A stretch of 59,730 nt of DNA, filler included, from Stramenopiles sp. TOSAG23-6 (GCA_900128565.1; 12 parts of 12 records of this genome joined end to end with filler, not necessarily neighbours in it), one strand, 5' to 3'. Counted from the first letter of the whole stretch, positions 1 through 11,719 are shown. Numbers and translations: made by a program. Notes: generated by a model from the sequence alone, not told the origin.

Positions 1-2646
1 TCAGAATTATTTTCAGAATTATTTTCAGAATTATTTTCAGAATTATTTTCAGAATCATCTTGAACGAGTGTGCTTCCATACGTCATTTCAGTTTGTTTTC
101 GTGTTTCTTCTTCTTCAATACTACGCTGAAATAACATTGGTGGTAGAGCANCNAAANTTNCNAAANTTTTTTGACGNACGANATGTGATGTATGCATAAG
201 ATTTTCATTTTCAATGGTAATGGTGTAAATGTCACTGCGNAANTTTTCAAGTANTTTTTTTCGCCTANTTTTATCTGACNAANTTTTACTTTGTTCATTA
301 TTCATACTGACATTAATTGTATCAAGTTTATCTACAATTGCTTCAGTAAAAATTGTCATTGCAGTCAACACAGCGATATCATGTGGATGATCACTAAACC
401 AGGAAATTATATTTTCTGAAATATTGTGTACATAACTGTCAATACCACACCACTGACTTCTCGTACACAAACCTGCCAAGGCTTCAGCTGCAATTAATGT
501 TTTACGTTTTTCAACTGACATTTGACTTATATTACAAATAGAAGTATCATTATTAGTATGACTCTTATCATGTAAAGACAAAGTTGTGAAAATATTCACG
601 AGACTTTCGCCAAATAATGATAAGTCATTTAGATCTACAGGTTTTGATTCGTACACAGGAAGTAGTGACGTCATACATCGTAATAAGCTCCATGTTGTAC
701 AGTCATTCTGAANCCCTACACCNAAACCNTTTTTCGTATCNAAANTNCTGNCNAATTCTTTTTTATCACGATTCTTCAATAATAATGCAACTTTTGGTAA
801 TAATTCAAGTGGAACGTTCAAAGACGAAATACTCTTTGTACCTAATTTTGTACCTAATACTTTTGCCTGTGGTAATACAGGTAGAACAAACTCTCGGAGA
901 AATTCAAGTNATNATNAAGANTTTTTTACNTCCACCGAAATAAATCTGGTAACAACTTGAAGTATAATTGGTGCAATAATAGATGCGAATGTCTCAATAG
1001 CTTTTTTCGAATTTTTATGTTGACCTCCCATAGCAGGTATCATACACTCTAAGCTTGATAATACTTCACCTGGTCGAATTGAAAATAAATTAGAAATTCC
1101 AGTTGTAGTTGGAAATAAATTAGAAGAAATTAAAGTCTTCAAAGGATGAACTGTATTAGAATGGACAGAATTATTTTGCAACGCCACAAATGAGGCAGCA
1201 AATAATTCTAATATAGTTTCGTGTAATGCAGTGATAGTAGTATCTAATTCGACAACATGTTTTGTATTTTTCAAGTCATCGTTTTGTTCTGTACTCNTTT
1301 TTTTACTANTTTNCCNTTGTACACATTTTTGGGTAAAGCTTAATAGTTTCGGCAAAACACTTTGTAACGTCTTTCCTTCCTCTTCACAAACCAATTTCCC
1401 CTGATGATGACCGACCCAAAATCGCAATTGTTCGATAAGTTGTGTGATGTATAATAAATCATCGACGTGTAAAGATGAAATATCTTGCTTTATCATATTG
1501 GATAGAATTTTGTCGATGTTACAATGTAGACTTGACCAAATTAAACTACAATTGTATTTTGACGTATAATTTCGCATCAAACTAAATGTCTTATGACATA
1601 TTTCATATATAATAAGCATTTCTTCATTATTTTCCTCATTAGTATTATCATTTTTGTGTTTTGGATGAAACGATTCCAACATCATATTAACTAGTCCTTC
1701 TCCTAAACGAGAATGAAATTGACCTTTAATATTCTTCACAGTTTCAAAGAGTAATCGTGAAATACATGTACTGTGNAAAAATANTTNAAAAAAAAAATTG
1801 TTANGNACAAAATTTCGTACGNAAATNAAAACNAAATTGNAAAAAAAATGNAAACGTACCNTCGTGTACATCCGGATTATTAGCACCAGATCCTGAAGAG
1901 ACGGCATATAAAATACTTCGAATATGTTGACAAGCAGTAGATAAGGAAAGTCTACGTAACATATATGAAAAACAGTCTGCTCCATAGTGACGAATGAAAG
2001 GTTTTTTATGTCCTAATGTAGGACCATAAAATTGTTGTATTGAGGATATATCATTTCGCAATTGTTTTGACATATGTTTCATGATGATCGAAATCGTTTT
2101 AAATAACTGTGCAGACTTCTCTGGACTTGATGGATCTAAGAGTTTCAACAAGCATGACGTCACTTTTGAAAAGTAGGGCCAAATATCTTCTCCCAAGTCA
2201 CGAAATAGAATTCCTGTCAAGACCAATAAGGAATTTCTAGCTGCCGTAATACAACTTCCCTTAACTTCCAAATGTTTGATTAATATCTGAATCACTTTTT
2301 CTAAGTTATGCAATAATAATGGAAGTGATTGTGATAGAGGGGCTACTTCTTTCCAGAAAGCTTTGAAGTGTGGAGAATTATCCAGCTCTTCGTGACGCAG
2401 TCGGAGCTCATCTTGAAAGAACCACTCTCTGTCATCGTCACGTTCGCAAAGTTTACCTCTAGTCAATGCCTTCCGTGCCTCAACAACCTGCGCCTTTTGA
2501 TTACGAAAATGAAATCGCTTTGTACGTTGCTTCTTTGTCAACTGAAGTGTCTCCGGTGGGAGGATACCTGTTGCTGCTGCTTGTCGGAGTCTCTTTCTGT
2601 CCCTTCTATTATGAGCATCCATCATACCTGGAGCAATACCCGGCAT
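1..2646 (-). CDS. UTP20: U3 snoRNP-associated protein UTP20, N-terminal part (exons 2646-1860 and 1765-<1; 3' truncated)
   Basis: N-terminal KRFHFRNQ, PLSQSLPLLLHN, and after intron removal DGISRLLFETVKNIKGQFHS resemble the UTP20 N-terminus; HEAT-like helical composition. Confidence 0.75.
1766..1859 (-). mobile_element. Introner-like non-canonical intron (GT...AT) in UTP20, partly N-masked copy
   Basis: Same element as the clean copy at 46695-46788. Confidence 0.7.
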
Positions 2647-3206
2647 TGTAGTGCAATGTACTATACGATTATACTAATTTATTCAACCCTTATATCAATG
2701 GTATGTGCAATATTTGTTTATACCAGAAAGTACACGTAGATAATCAGAATATTCCTTGTTCTGGTATCCAGCACAATAACTGTTAGTAGTACAGTCAAGA
2801 AAGACACACGGAAGACAAAGCTTCGCTGGCTTCATTATACGATGAGTAGAGGTNAANCNAAGCAGGNTTGTGANTTTTTTTGACTNATCNAATGATNCNT
2901 GNATGGATGGCCATTGGTCTTCTTCGAGAATCTCTTTTGTGTTTGTGTCAAAATAAACAAGAGACATTTTTCACCACTAACTCGTAAGTAATTTCTCTTT
3001 AAGACTTAGATGCAATACCATTCACGTAGATACATTGTAAAGGATACAATACTCTTTGTATTTGAATTGGTTTGATTCTTTGCGTGTCTTTTTGTTTGTA
3101 TCTGTGTAATATCTTATTCTTTTAACTTCAACATTATATGAAACACTCACTGTTCCTCATTTACACCTCTGTATACCACANTTTATAGAACGNAAAAAAC
3201 NTTATN

Positions 3207-3993
3207 ATNGCNACTCCTGATCTTGCTCAGTTGAGTTCAATATGCCCGGTATCAGCTCCATTCTTTGGATTTATGGGTGTAAGTTCTGCACTCGTTTTTT
3301 CTAGTAAGTTATCATCTTATATTCTAACCGCTGTTGACATCTATCCNAAGTTGTGNAACCAACTTNCCCCCCCCCATCACTCANTGTTGGCTCTTTATAC
3401 ACTCTAGCTGCATTGTCCATTTCATATACAATGCAGTCATTTTAGACTAGTATTTCAGTAAAATATATCCGAATGACGTATTTGAAAATATCGTAAAANA
3501 ACTCNTTGTCACTNTTTTTCANTACTATNCNTTTACTANTNTAGACCTAGGAGCTGCGTATGGTACTGCAAAATCTGGTGTTGGAATTGCTTCGATGGGT
3601 GTATTTAATCCAAACGATGTGATGCGTAACATTATCCCAGTTATTATGGCTGGNGTCCTTGGTATATATGGCCTCATCACATCTGTAATTCTTAGCTCAC
3701 AAATTCAGGGTCCAACAAATAAGGACTCTGTTGGCATTCATGGAACATACACTGCCTTTGACGGCTATCGTCACCTCGCATCTGGATTAACATGTGGTCT
3801 CAGTGGTCTTGCAGCAGGTATGGCTATTGGTGTTGTTGGAGATGCTGGGGTGCGTGCTGTAGGACAACAACCTCGTCTTTATGTGCCTTCCGTTCTTGTA
3901 CTAATTTTTTCTGAAGCTTTAGCGTTGTATGGACTTATTGTTGGTATCATCCTCGGAGTTGCTCAAAGTAATGATTCGTGCATAATGAAATAA
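3207..3993 (+). CDS. VMA3: V-type H+-ATPase 16 kDa proteolipid subunit c (exons 3207-3303, 3545-3993)
   Basis: [61 protein letters not shown]. Confidence 0.95.
3304..3544 (+). other. Conventional GT-AG spliceosomal intron (241 nt), not of the repeated family
   Basis: GTAAGT...TATAG; phase 1 join gives FSNLGAAYG. Confidence 0.9.
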
Positions 3994-4211
3994 TAATTGT
4001 TTGTGATGGTGTGAGGAATGTATTTCCTGATATTCTACGTAATGGTGAGGTATCCGCAATGTATGTGTGAAAAAGTTTTTAACCTTGCTATTGAACAGTT
4101 CATTGNGGCACNAATCNAAGACNAATTCANTTTTTTTATTCTNAAAGATGTNAATNTTGATATATTTTCCTATATACNTTTTTANTTTTTTATNTNAANA
4201 ACTATNAAANG

Positions 4212-4899
4212 TTAAACAGCGCCTAATTCACTCATTTCCGCCATAAAAGCAGAAAAATCTCCACTTACTTCTTTTTNAGTTCCGACTGTTGTTGAAGGCT
4301 TTGGAGGNGGCGGTGGAACAACCTTTCTTTTGATTTNTCTCTTTGGTTTTGTCTTTGGTCGCGGACGACGTCGAAGAGATTTTGGTTTCATAAGTAGAAG
4401 ATCCGCTTGAATAGGCANTTTGNCGGTTGTCATTTTTGATTTCGTGTTTTGTGTATAATGATGAAGTTGTTGTTGACTATTTGGATCATATTGATAATTG
4501 TGTTGTTGTTGATTGTAATTCTGTACATTTCCTTCATTGCCAGTGAGACCAAAACGAGCATTATGCCGCAAAATCTCTCCAGGAGATTTTAGATTTTTGG
4601 TTGACTTCATTTTTTTGTCCTGTGGTAGATATCCTGCCTGCTGCTTTGACATTGACGTCATATTATTTGTTCTATTTATACTTTGTTTTATGCTATTAAT
4701 TCTATCTTCTACTACAGGCTGAATGCCCATCTGATTATTCAGATTTTTAGCAGGAGCGTTCATCATCATAGTAGAAGTACTCTTAATCTGATTCAAATTC
4801 ATATGTGGTATGTATTGATTATTTGTTTGTGGTGGCATTCCTGGTGGATATTGATTATTTGTTGGTGGTGGTATTCCTGGNGGATATTGATTATTTGTT
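4212..4899 (-). CDS. C-terminal part of a proline-rich protein, WBP11/ELF5-like (5' truncated)
   Basis: PQTNNQY repeats, LLLMKPKSLRRR, poly-Pro and terminal DFSAFMAEMSELGAV recall WBP11-type C-termini; recognised from memory only. Confidence 0.4.
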
Positions 4900-4999
4900 N
4901 NNNNNNNNNNNNNNNNNNNNNNNNNNNNNNNNNNNNNNNNNNNTTAATTAATTAANNNNNNNNNNNNNNNNNNNNNNNNNNNNNNNNNNNNNNNNNNNN
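4900..4999. other. Artificial contig linker (44N-TTAATTAATTAA-44N), recurring about every 5 kb
   Basis: Identical 100-nt spacer with stops in all six frames at all 11 junctions. Confidence 0.98.
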
Positions 5000-5034
5000 T
5001 TTTAACCCCAACCCTAATTTTTATAAGCATTTAA

Positions 5035-5065
<31 letters not shown>

Positions 5066-5104
5066 AAACAATTATGAAAAAAAAATACTTTTTCCAAAAT
5101 ACAT
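5000..5104 (+). mobile_element. 3' part of family intron, ends ATAC-AT
   Basis: TACTTTTTCCAAAATACAT then exon G TGG AAT GGT. Confidence 0.55.
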
Positions 5105-5827
5105 GTGGAATGGTTTTGATTACTTTTTACACTTACTGAAAATGTATACTACTTCCTATGAAAAAGTTATATTTATCGGGTCTAGTATGGGAGGTACTGC
5201 AGCATTGTTGTTTGCTCATTTAGCCAATGTACGTTTCTTTAGCCCTAACCCTAATCACAAAAAAAATCACAAAAAAAAAATATTTTTTTTTTAAATTTTT
5301 GATTTTGTTGTATACAATATATTTTTTCGTAGTGAATTTTGTACCTAACAAAAATTTAATTTTTTTTTTAATATTTTCTCAAAATGCATAGAGTAATTTC
5401 ATTTGGTCCCAAATATAACATGAAACACGCACATGGCTCATATTTGCCAAATCGTATTATAACAAAATGTACAAAATTAATTAAAAAAAATGTCTCTTTG
5501 GCGATTGATAATGAAACGCAAGTTAACGTTCATATAGGAGCACAAAATTTAGATGATGTTTTACAGGGTAGAAAATATGTTTTTTTTACTACAATTTTTT
5601 TTTTTTTTTTCATAGTAAATTTTGTACCTAATGATTTTTTTTTTGAAACTAAAAAAAAAAAAAAAAAATATTTTTCACAAAATATGTTATTAAATGATGT
5701 TCCAGATGTACAAATAAAGCACCATGAAACATTTCATCATAATATTCCAATGTTTCTCGAGCGAGAAGATAAATTGATAAATTTAGTGAAACGAGAAGTC
5801 ATTGAACTTGCTATCCAAACCAGTTGA
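5105..5827 (+). CDS. Alpha/beta hydrolase-fold protein, C-terminal exons (5105-5228, 5390-~5574, ~5686-5827)
   Basis: Nucleophile elbow FIGSSMGG, joined AHLAN/RVISFGP, late His (HHNIP). Confidence 0.7.
5229..5389 (+). mobile_element. Family intron GT...AT, 161 nt, flanking AT duplicated
   Basis: AAT|GTACG ... TTTTGTACCTAAC ... AAAATGCAT|AGA; joins two ORFs. Confidence 0.75.
5575..5685 (+). mobile_element. Family intron with uncertain 5' end (ATATG at 5575 or GT at 5568)
   Basis: TTTTGTACCTAAT core and TATTTTTCACA terminus; reads as poly-F/poly-K in the ORF. Confidence 0.6.
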
Positions 5828-6002
5828 AAAAATTTAAAAAATAATAAAAAATTAATTTGCTCCAAAACAGTTGAAAAAATTTAAAAAATAATAAAAAATT
5901 AATGAAAACATAATTTGTTTTTTTTAAATTTGTTGAAAACATAATTTACTACAAGAAAAAACTAAATTAAAATACATAAATGCGTTTTTCATGTAGCTCT
6001 TA

Positions 6003-6186
6003 CATAAATAAAGACGTCAAATATTGAGCACATAAATAAAGACATCAAATATTGAGCACATAAATAAAGACATCAAATATTGAGCACATACATAAAGACA
6101 TCAAACATATGTCGTTGAACATGTCAAATATTGAGCACATACATAAAGACATCAAACATATGACGTTGAGCATGTTGATATTTGAG
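6003..6186. repeat. Tandem 28-bp and 51-bp repeats overlapping a stop codon
   Basis: CATAAATAAAGACATCAAATATTGAGCA units; TCAAACATATG at 6101 and 6152. Confidence 0.85.
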
Positions 6187-9100
6187 TCTGTATTTCACCA
6201 ACACTTTCCTCAACATTGTCATTTACACAGGAACATCTGACACACACAAATATAATGGCAAGAGTTGATAAAACAACAACACACAAGAAAATAATTGAAA
6301 CGGCAGATCGAAAACGGAAAAAATCATCGAATAATTTTTTCCTGTCCTCATTTTCTTGTTTTGCTTCTTGTTTTGGTATTGGTGTAGTGTTTGTAACTCT
6401 ATCATTTGTCTGCTCTTTTTCAATTTCACGCTCTCTTTCAATTTCAATTTCGTGCTCAACAAAATGTCTTTCAGGGTCATACTCCCATTCTGGTTTAATG
6501 TCACCACCAAAACTCCGATATGCACCTTCCATTGGAAGCTCGCGTTCTACCCATTCGGGCTCTGGTAAAGCCCGAAAAACACCTTCCTTCGGGTCATAAA
6601 ATTGTCGATTCTCATGAGGTTTCCCTACTTTATCGACTTTGACAAATTTCAATTCAGCATCTCGTTTTTCTTTGGCAGCTTTCAATTCAGCATCTCGTTT
6701 TTCTTTGGCAGCTTTCAATTCAGCATCTTGTTTTTCTTTGGCAGCTTTCAATGCAGCATCTCGTTTTTCTTTGGCAGCTTTCAATTCAGCATCTTGTTTT
6801 TCTTTCGCAGCTTTCAATTCAGCAGCTTTTTCTTCTTTAACTTTCAAATCAGCAGCGGCTTTCACTAAAGCAGCTTGTTTTGCTTTCACAGCTTTCAAAA
6901 TCACTGCAGCAGCGTGTTTGGCAGCTTTTTCATTTTCAGCTTTCAACTCAGCAATATCTTTGCGAGCTTTTTCATTTTTAGCTTTCAACTCAGCAGCATA
7001 TTTAGCGGCTTTCGCTAAAAAGTGTTTGGCAGCTTTTTCATTTTTAGCTTTCAACTCAGCAGCATCTTTGGCAGCTTTTTCTTCTTTGACTTTCAAATCA
7101 GCAGCGTCTTTGGCAGCTTTCACTGCAGCAGCTTTTGCTTCTTTTTCTTCTTTAACTTTCAAATCAGCAGCGGCTTTCACTGCAGCAGCTTGTTTTGCTT
7201 TCGCAGCTTTCACTGCAGCAGCGTGTTTGGCAGCTTTCGCAGCAGCAACTTTTGCTTTCGCAGCTTTCAAAACAGCGGCTTCTTTGGCAGCTTTCACTGC
7301 AGCAGCGTGTTTGGCAGCTTCTTCATTTTGAGCTTTCAACTCAGCAGCATCTTTGGCAGCTTTTTCATTTTTAGCTTTCAACTCAGCAGCGTCTTCAGCG
7401 GCTTTCACTAAAGCAGCTTTTTCTTCTTTAGCTTTTGCGTCTTTAGCTTTCAAATCAGCAGCGTCTTTAGCGGCTTTCTCTAAAGCATTTCTTTCTTCAA
7501 AAGTTCTTAGATTTTCTCTTTTCACATTTACTGATCTACCGCCTCCTTGTAGAACTACTCTGTACCGATCTTTAATTAATATATATCTACCGATTGTACA
7601 ATATGTACCATTTAATGCTGGTTCAGATTGTATACCTGTTAGTTCTACAACTGTGCCTGGTTTTAGTTCATCTTTATGAGATTCGCTTGATTCGGGAAGG
7701 GAAGTTCTTTTACGTCTCTTGCCAGACGAAAGGGAAGGTTTTTCATGTCCATCGCGAGACGGTGTTTGTCCCTTCCTCAAAGGAGGTTCTTTTTGGGAAA
7801 GTGTTCCCTGTATCGCACTAAATACAACGTCTGGTGCATGCTCTAAGTCGTCTGGTGCTTCTCTTAACGCTTCGGCATTTTGGTTAACGATAGTCTTTAC
7901 AAACGCTTTATTTTTACGGAGGGATTCTGATGCATATTTTAAAGCAAAACCAGATTCAGCAGCAAATTGCATGATTACATTAGGATCATTGCGTATCTCA
8001 TATGAGGCAAACTGAAGTGCACCTGCATCTTGTTCAAGCGCAACCATTACAATGTTACGATCAGCACGTTTTGTTTTTGATGCGAATTGAAGAGCTTTCC
8101 CATATTGTTTTACAGCTGCCAAAACAACTTCATCGTCGTTGCGCAACTTTGTACCTGCAATTTCAAATAAAGATCCGTCCACTTTCACAGCTGCCAGTAC
8201 AATGTCCTTAGCACGACAATTCTCTTTTGTTGTAAATTTAAGCGCAGTTGCGTTGTTTTGAACGGCAATTAAGACGATATCATGATCACCACGTAATCGC
8301 TCTGAAGCATATTGAAGTGCCAAGCCATCATTCTTCACAGCTGCTTTTACGTATATTTTGTCATCCCGTAGTCTTTCCGATGCAAATTCAAGCGCTAATC
8401 CATTCTGATTCAAAGCTTTCAATACAACTCCTAATTTATCACGTATTCCGTCTGACGCAAATTGAATCGCTTTCCCATTCTGTTTCACGGCTTCTGAAAC
8501 AATTTTCACGTCTTCACGAAGTGTTTTATCCGCAAATTGAAGCGCGGCACCTCGTGATCTCACTGCTTCCATCACAATCCCACGATCATATAACAATTGA
8601 GGATTTGCATATCTAATTGCTAATCCGTTATTGCGAACGGCAGCTAAGACGACGTCACGGTCTTCACGTAATTCGAATGAAGCAAATTGAAGTGCTTCAC
8701 CATGATTCTTCACAGCTGCTTTTACGAATTTTTTGTTACCCCATAGTCTTTCCGATGCGGATTCAAACGTTAATCCATTCTGATCCAATCTCTTCAATAA
8801 AACTCCAAATTTAGCACGTATCCAGTCTGACGCAAATTGATTCGCTTTCCGATCCTGTCTCACGGCTTCAAGTACAACAACTAAGTCTTCACGAAGTGTT
8901 TTATCCGCAAATTGAAGCGCGGTACCTCGTGATCTCACTGCTTCCATCACAATCCCACGATCATATAACAATTGAGGATTTGCATATCTAATTGCAAATC
9001 CGTTATTGCGAACGGCAGCTAAGACGACATCACGGTCTTTACGTAATTCGAATGAAGCAAATTGAAGTGCTTCACCATCATTCTTCACAGCTTCTAAAAC

Positions 9101-9190
9101 ACTTCCTTTACTTGAAGTCTTATCAATTGTGGCACAAACAATTGTTCCAAGAAGTATCAAATTGAATATTAAACACGTTTTCAGTAGCAT
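6152..9190 (-). CDS. DUF4116-repeat protein with signal peptide, small SH3-like domain, Ala/Lys-rich coil and C-terminal TM helix
   Basis: Repeats AVxxxGxALQFASxxLRxDxxVV; PGTVVELTGIQSEPALNG; KAAKDAAELK repeats; hydrophobic termini. Confidence 0.8.
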   Translation of the reverse strand: MLLKTCLIFNLILLGTIVCATIDKTSSKGSVLEAVKNDGEALQFASFELRKDRDVVLAAVRNNGFAIRYANPQLLYDRGIVMEAVRSRGTALQFADKTLREDLVVVLEAVRQDRKANQFASDWIRAKFGVLLKRLDQNGLTFESASERLWGNKKFVKAAVKNHGEALQFASFELREDRDVVLAAVRNNGLAIRYANPQLLYDRGIVMEAVRSRGAALQFADKTLREDVKIVSEAVKQNGKAIQFASDGIRDKLGVVLKALNQNGLALEFASERLRDDKIYVKAAVKNDGLALQYASERLRGDHDIVLIAVQNNATALKFTTKENCRAKDIVLAAVKVDGSLFEIAGTKLRNDDEVVLAAVKQYGKALQFASKTKRADRNIVMVALEQDAGALQFASYEIRNDPNVIMQFAAESGFALKYASESLRKNKAFVKTIVNQNAEALREAPDDLEHAPDVVFSAIQGTLSQKEPPLRKGQTPSRDGHEKPSLSSGKRRKRTSLPESSESHKDELKPGTVVELTGIQSEPALNGTYCTIGRYILIKDRYRVVLQGGGRSVNVKRENLRTFEERNALEKAAKDAADLKAKDAKAKEEKAALVKAAEDAAELKAKNEKAAKDAAELKAQNEEAAKHAAAVKAAKEAAVLKAAKAKVAAAKAAKHAAAVKAAKAKQAAAVKAAADLKVKEEKEAKAAAVKAAKDAADLKVKEEKAAKDAAELKAKNEKAAKHFLAKAAKYAAELKAKNEKARKDIAELKAENEKAAKHAAAVILKAVKAKQAALVKAAADLKVKEEKAAELKAAKEKQDAELKAAKEKRDAALKAAKEKQDAELKAAKEKRDAELKAAKEKRDAELKFVKVDKVGKPHENRQFYDPKEGVFRALPEPEWVERELPMEGAYRSFGGDIKPEWEYDPERHFVEHEIEIEREREIEKEQTNDRVTNTTPIPKQEAKQENEDRKKLFDDFFRFRSAVSIIFLCVVVLSTLAIIFVCVRCSCVNDNVEESVGEIQTQISTCSTSYV

Positions 9191-9570
9191 ATTCTTGTGT
9201 TCTTTTGTTTCTTTGTCTCTCAAAAGAAGAGAGAAATCTTTGTTTGTGTGGCTACGAGTAAGGGTATAACGCGCGCGATGGCAGATCGAAATAGCAAATT
9301 AAAAAAAAATTGTGATCATAAATTCCGAAATTGATTTCAGATTCAATTTGACAATTTCATTCAGTGAAAATAGAATTTCGATAGATACACGAAATAGTAG
9401 CAATCCTAACCTTGAAGAAAAGAAAAACGGTGTAAGGCTGTGATAATCTATGGAACGTCCACAATTCATATTGTTTTATTTTTTGTAACGAAAATTAAAA
9501 AAAAAGAAGTTCACTATTTCAAACCCCAACCCTAGCTACAACACTTTAAACTTGTTTTATAAAATTAAAT

Positions 9571-9770
9571 TCATTTTTTGTTCTTAATATTTACATCAAC
9601 TGATGTAGGCGATGTCACCCCTGTGCTAGCATGATTAGGGTTAGGGCTATTTCCGTATATATATTCCGTATTAAATGGTACCATAGAACCTTTATATATC
9701 GGATACAAAAAACGCTGAAAACCTGAAATTCGATACCCCTTTTGAAAACCATTAAACCAAGATCGTAAAC
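9571..9770 (-). CDS. Terminal exon of an unidentified gene
   Basis: Open frame directly after a family intron 3' end, ending at TGA. Confidence 0.5.
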
Positions 9771-9898
9771 ATTTATTGTCGGAAAATATGTAAATGCTTT
9801 TTGTTAGGTACAAAATTAACTACGGAAAAAAATTACATGTAAATCTAAAAAAAAAAAAAAAAAAAAAAATCTAAAAAAAAAAAATTGTGAGATGTAGG
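9771..9898 (-). mobile_element. 3' part of family intron, ends ATAA-AT
   Basis: TTTTGTACCTAAC core, TATTTTCCGACAATAAAT; cut by contig end. Confidence 0.6.
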
Positions 9899-10326
9899 NN
9901 NNNNNNNNNNNNNNNNNNNNNNNNNNNNNNNNNNNNNNNNNNTTAATTAATTAANNNNNNNNNNNNNNNNNNNNNNNNNNNNNNNNNNNNNNNNNNNNTG
10001 TAATATATCCTATCATATTTTATGAATTATTGAATTGTACTTGATAATTCATTGAATACGAAAATAAAAGTTTTAAAGTTTTGAAATCAATTTAGAAAAA
10101 AAATTAAATTTGTACGGTTTTGGTACAGAATTTTATTGTTTCTTTTTTAATGAATACTTTCATCATGAGGATCAACAATACCCTCAACATTATCATGAGT
10201 AGTGATCGATACATTAATAGATTCCGTAACAATTTTTTGTACCTAATTTTCAATTTTTTTTTAAGTACGTAGATTTGCCACGGAATCTATTAATACAATG
10301 ATCATAAATCATGAGCATCTTCATTT

Positions 10327-11562
10327 TCATTGATTTGAGTTCGACAAACACTTTGGATATGTATTTGTAGAATCATTAGAAATGGCAGCTACATAACAAA
10401 AGTATAGGGGTACATTTCGACAAAGTTCAGCATGAGTAAGTGAAGTACAAAGTTTGTTGTTGTACAAATACAAAACTGTAAGGTTTGTTAGTTGACCAAT
10501 TTCAGAAGGAATTTCACCAGAGAGTTTGTTAGTGTACAAGTCCAATGTTTCGAGCTTTCTTAGTTGACCGATTTCTTTAGGAATTGGACCAGATAGTTCG
10601 TTGTTATGCAAGTACAATCGTTCAAGACTTGTTAGTTGGCCAATTTCCTTTGGAATTGGACCAGATAGTTTGTTGTTCCACATGCTCAAAAGTGTAAGGT
10701 TTGTTAGTTGACCAATTTCTTTTGGAATTTCACCAGATAGATTGTTTCCTGACAAATCCAACCATCGGAGATTTGATAGCTGACCAATTTCACTAGGTAT
10801 TGGGCCAGATAGGTAGTTATCATTCAATTCCAAAAATTTGAGCTCCGTTAATCGACCAATTTCTGTTGGAATTGGACCAGATAGTTTGCTGCCAAACAAG
10901 TACAATTCTTCGAGATTTGNTAGTTGACCAATTTCCGTNGGAATTGAACCAGATAGGTTGTTGTCATTCAAGATCAATCGTTCGAGATTTGATAGTTGAC
11001 CAATTTCCGTTGGAATTGAACCAGTTAGTTTGTTTCCTGACAAAACCAATCGTTGGATATTACCATTATCATCACACAAGACACCATACCACTTACAAAC
11101 ATTATCATCCGATAACCAACCAGAGTTATTCTCCCAATGTTTTCCATCAGTTGCCTTGTACAGCTGAATTAAAACATCTTTCTCATTGACAATCGACATT
11201 TCGTTGATCGCAGGTGATTCAGTTCGCGTTGTTGAAGTTAAATCATTTGAAGCACCGATAAACACACAGTAAGTGACAGTAAGAATGACAAGACAGTAAG
11301 TGACAGTAAGAATGACAAGACTGAGGAGGATTATTCGGAGCACAAGCAAACAAGAGAAAAGACCCTTTTTAGGGTTGCTGTTTCGATCGAGAAGTACAAT
11401 GTGGTCGTCTGCACACAATTTCGAAGTAGATTTCACGTCTACAAAAGCGCATCCATTATCACCATCCGCAAGAAGCGGCGTTTTGTAATTAGTCTCTTTC
11501 ATTGTATGTATGTTCGAAACATGCGAGTGCACATGTGCACGTAGGTCGTACCCAATTGGCAA
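10327..11562 (-). CDS. Membrane-anchored leucine-rich-repeat protein (plant-type 24-aa LRR); start uncertain
   Basis: TM segment, LYKATDGKHW...CKWYGVLC cap, repeats LSGxIPxEIGQLxNLxxLxL. Confidence 0.9.
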   Translation of the reverse strand: MPIGYDLRAHVHSHVSNIHTMKETNYKTPLLADGDNGCAFVDVKSTSKLCADDHIVLLDRNSNPKKGLFSCLLVLRIILLSLVILTVTYCLVILTVTYCVFIGASNDLTSTTRTESPAINEMSIVNEKDVLIQLYKATDGKHWENNSGWLSDDNVCKWYGVLCDDNGNIQRLVLSGNKLTGSIPTEIGQLSNLERLILNDNNLSGSIXTEIGQLXNLEELYLFGSKLSGPIPTEIGRLTELKFLELNDNYLSGPIPSEIGQLSNLRWLDLSGNNLSGEIPKEIGQLTNLTLLSMWNNKLSGPIPKEIGQLTSLERLYLHNNELSGPIPKEIGQLRKLETLDLYTNKLSGEIPSEIGQLTNLTVLYLYNNKLCTSLTHAELCRNVPLYFCYVAAISNDSTNTYPKCLSNSNQ

Positions 11563-11719
11563 TTTTGACTAACGAGTTTTGTTGCTGTCAAAAAAAAGCG
11601 ACATCGTTTTTTTTTCTTTTTTTTGTTTTGTTTTCGTGTGAAATTTCCGCAAATTTCCAATCTCAAATCCAATCCAATGGAAAACCTTTATTGGTTGCAT
11701 TCATCAATATAATAATAAT

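Noticed and set aside
2695-2967. 90-aa ORF between UTP20 and V-ATPase c
   Set aside because: Open only because of an N; unmasked copies have an in-frame TAG. No RNA gene recognised here either.
150-4420. Scattered single Ns in contig copy 1 as editing or hypervariable sites
   Set aside because: Other copies give clear bases; the Ns cluster in low-complexity runs, consistent with masking or low-quality calls.
4212-4899. WBP11-like splicing factor as part of the non-canonical splicing system
   Set aside because: Identification is tentative, the gene is truncated, and proximity carries no functional weight in a eukaryote.
4944-4955. TTAATTAATTAA palindrome recurring every ~5 kb
   Set aside because: Synthetic six-frame stop linker embedded in N runs.
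6216-8814. Many plus-strand ORFs over the DUF4116 gene, and similar short antisense ORFs elsewhere
   Set aside because: Shadows of repetitive coding sequence on the opposite strand.
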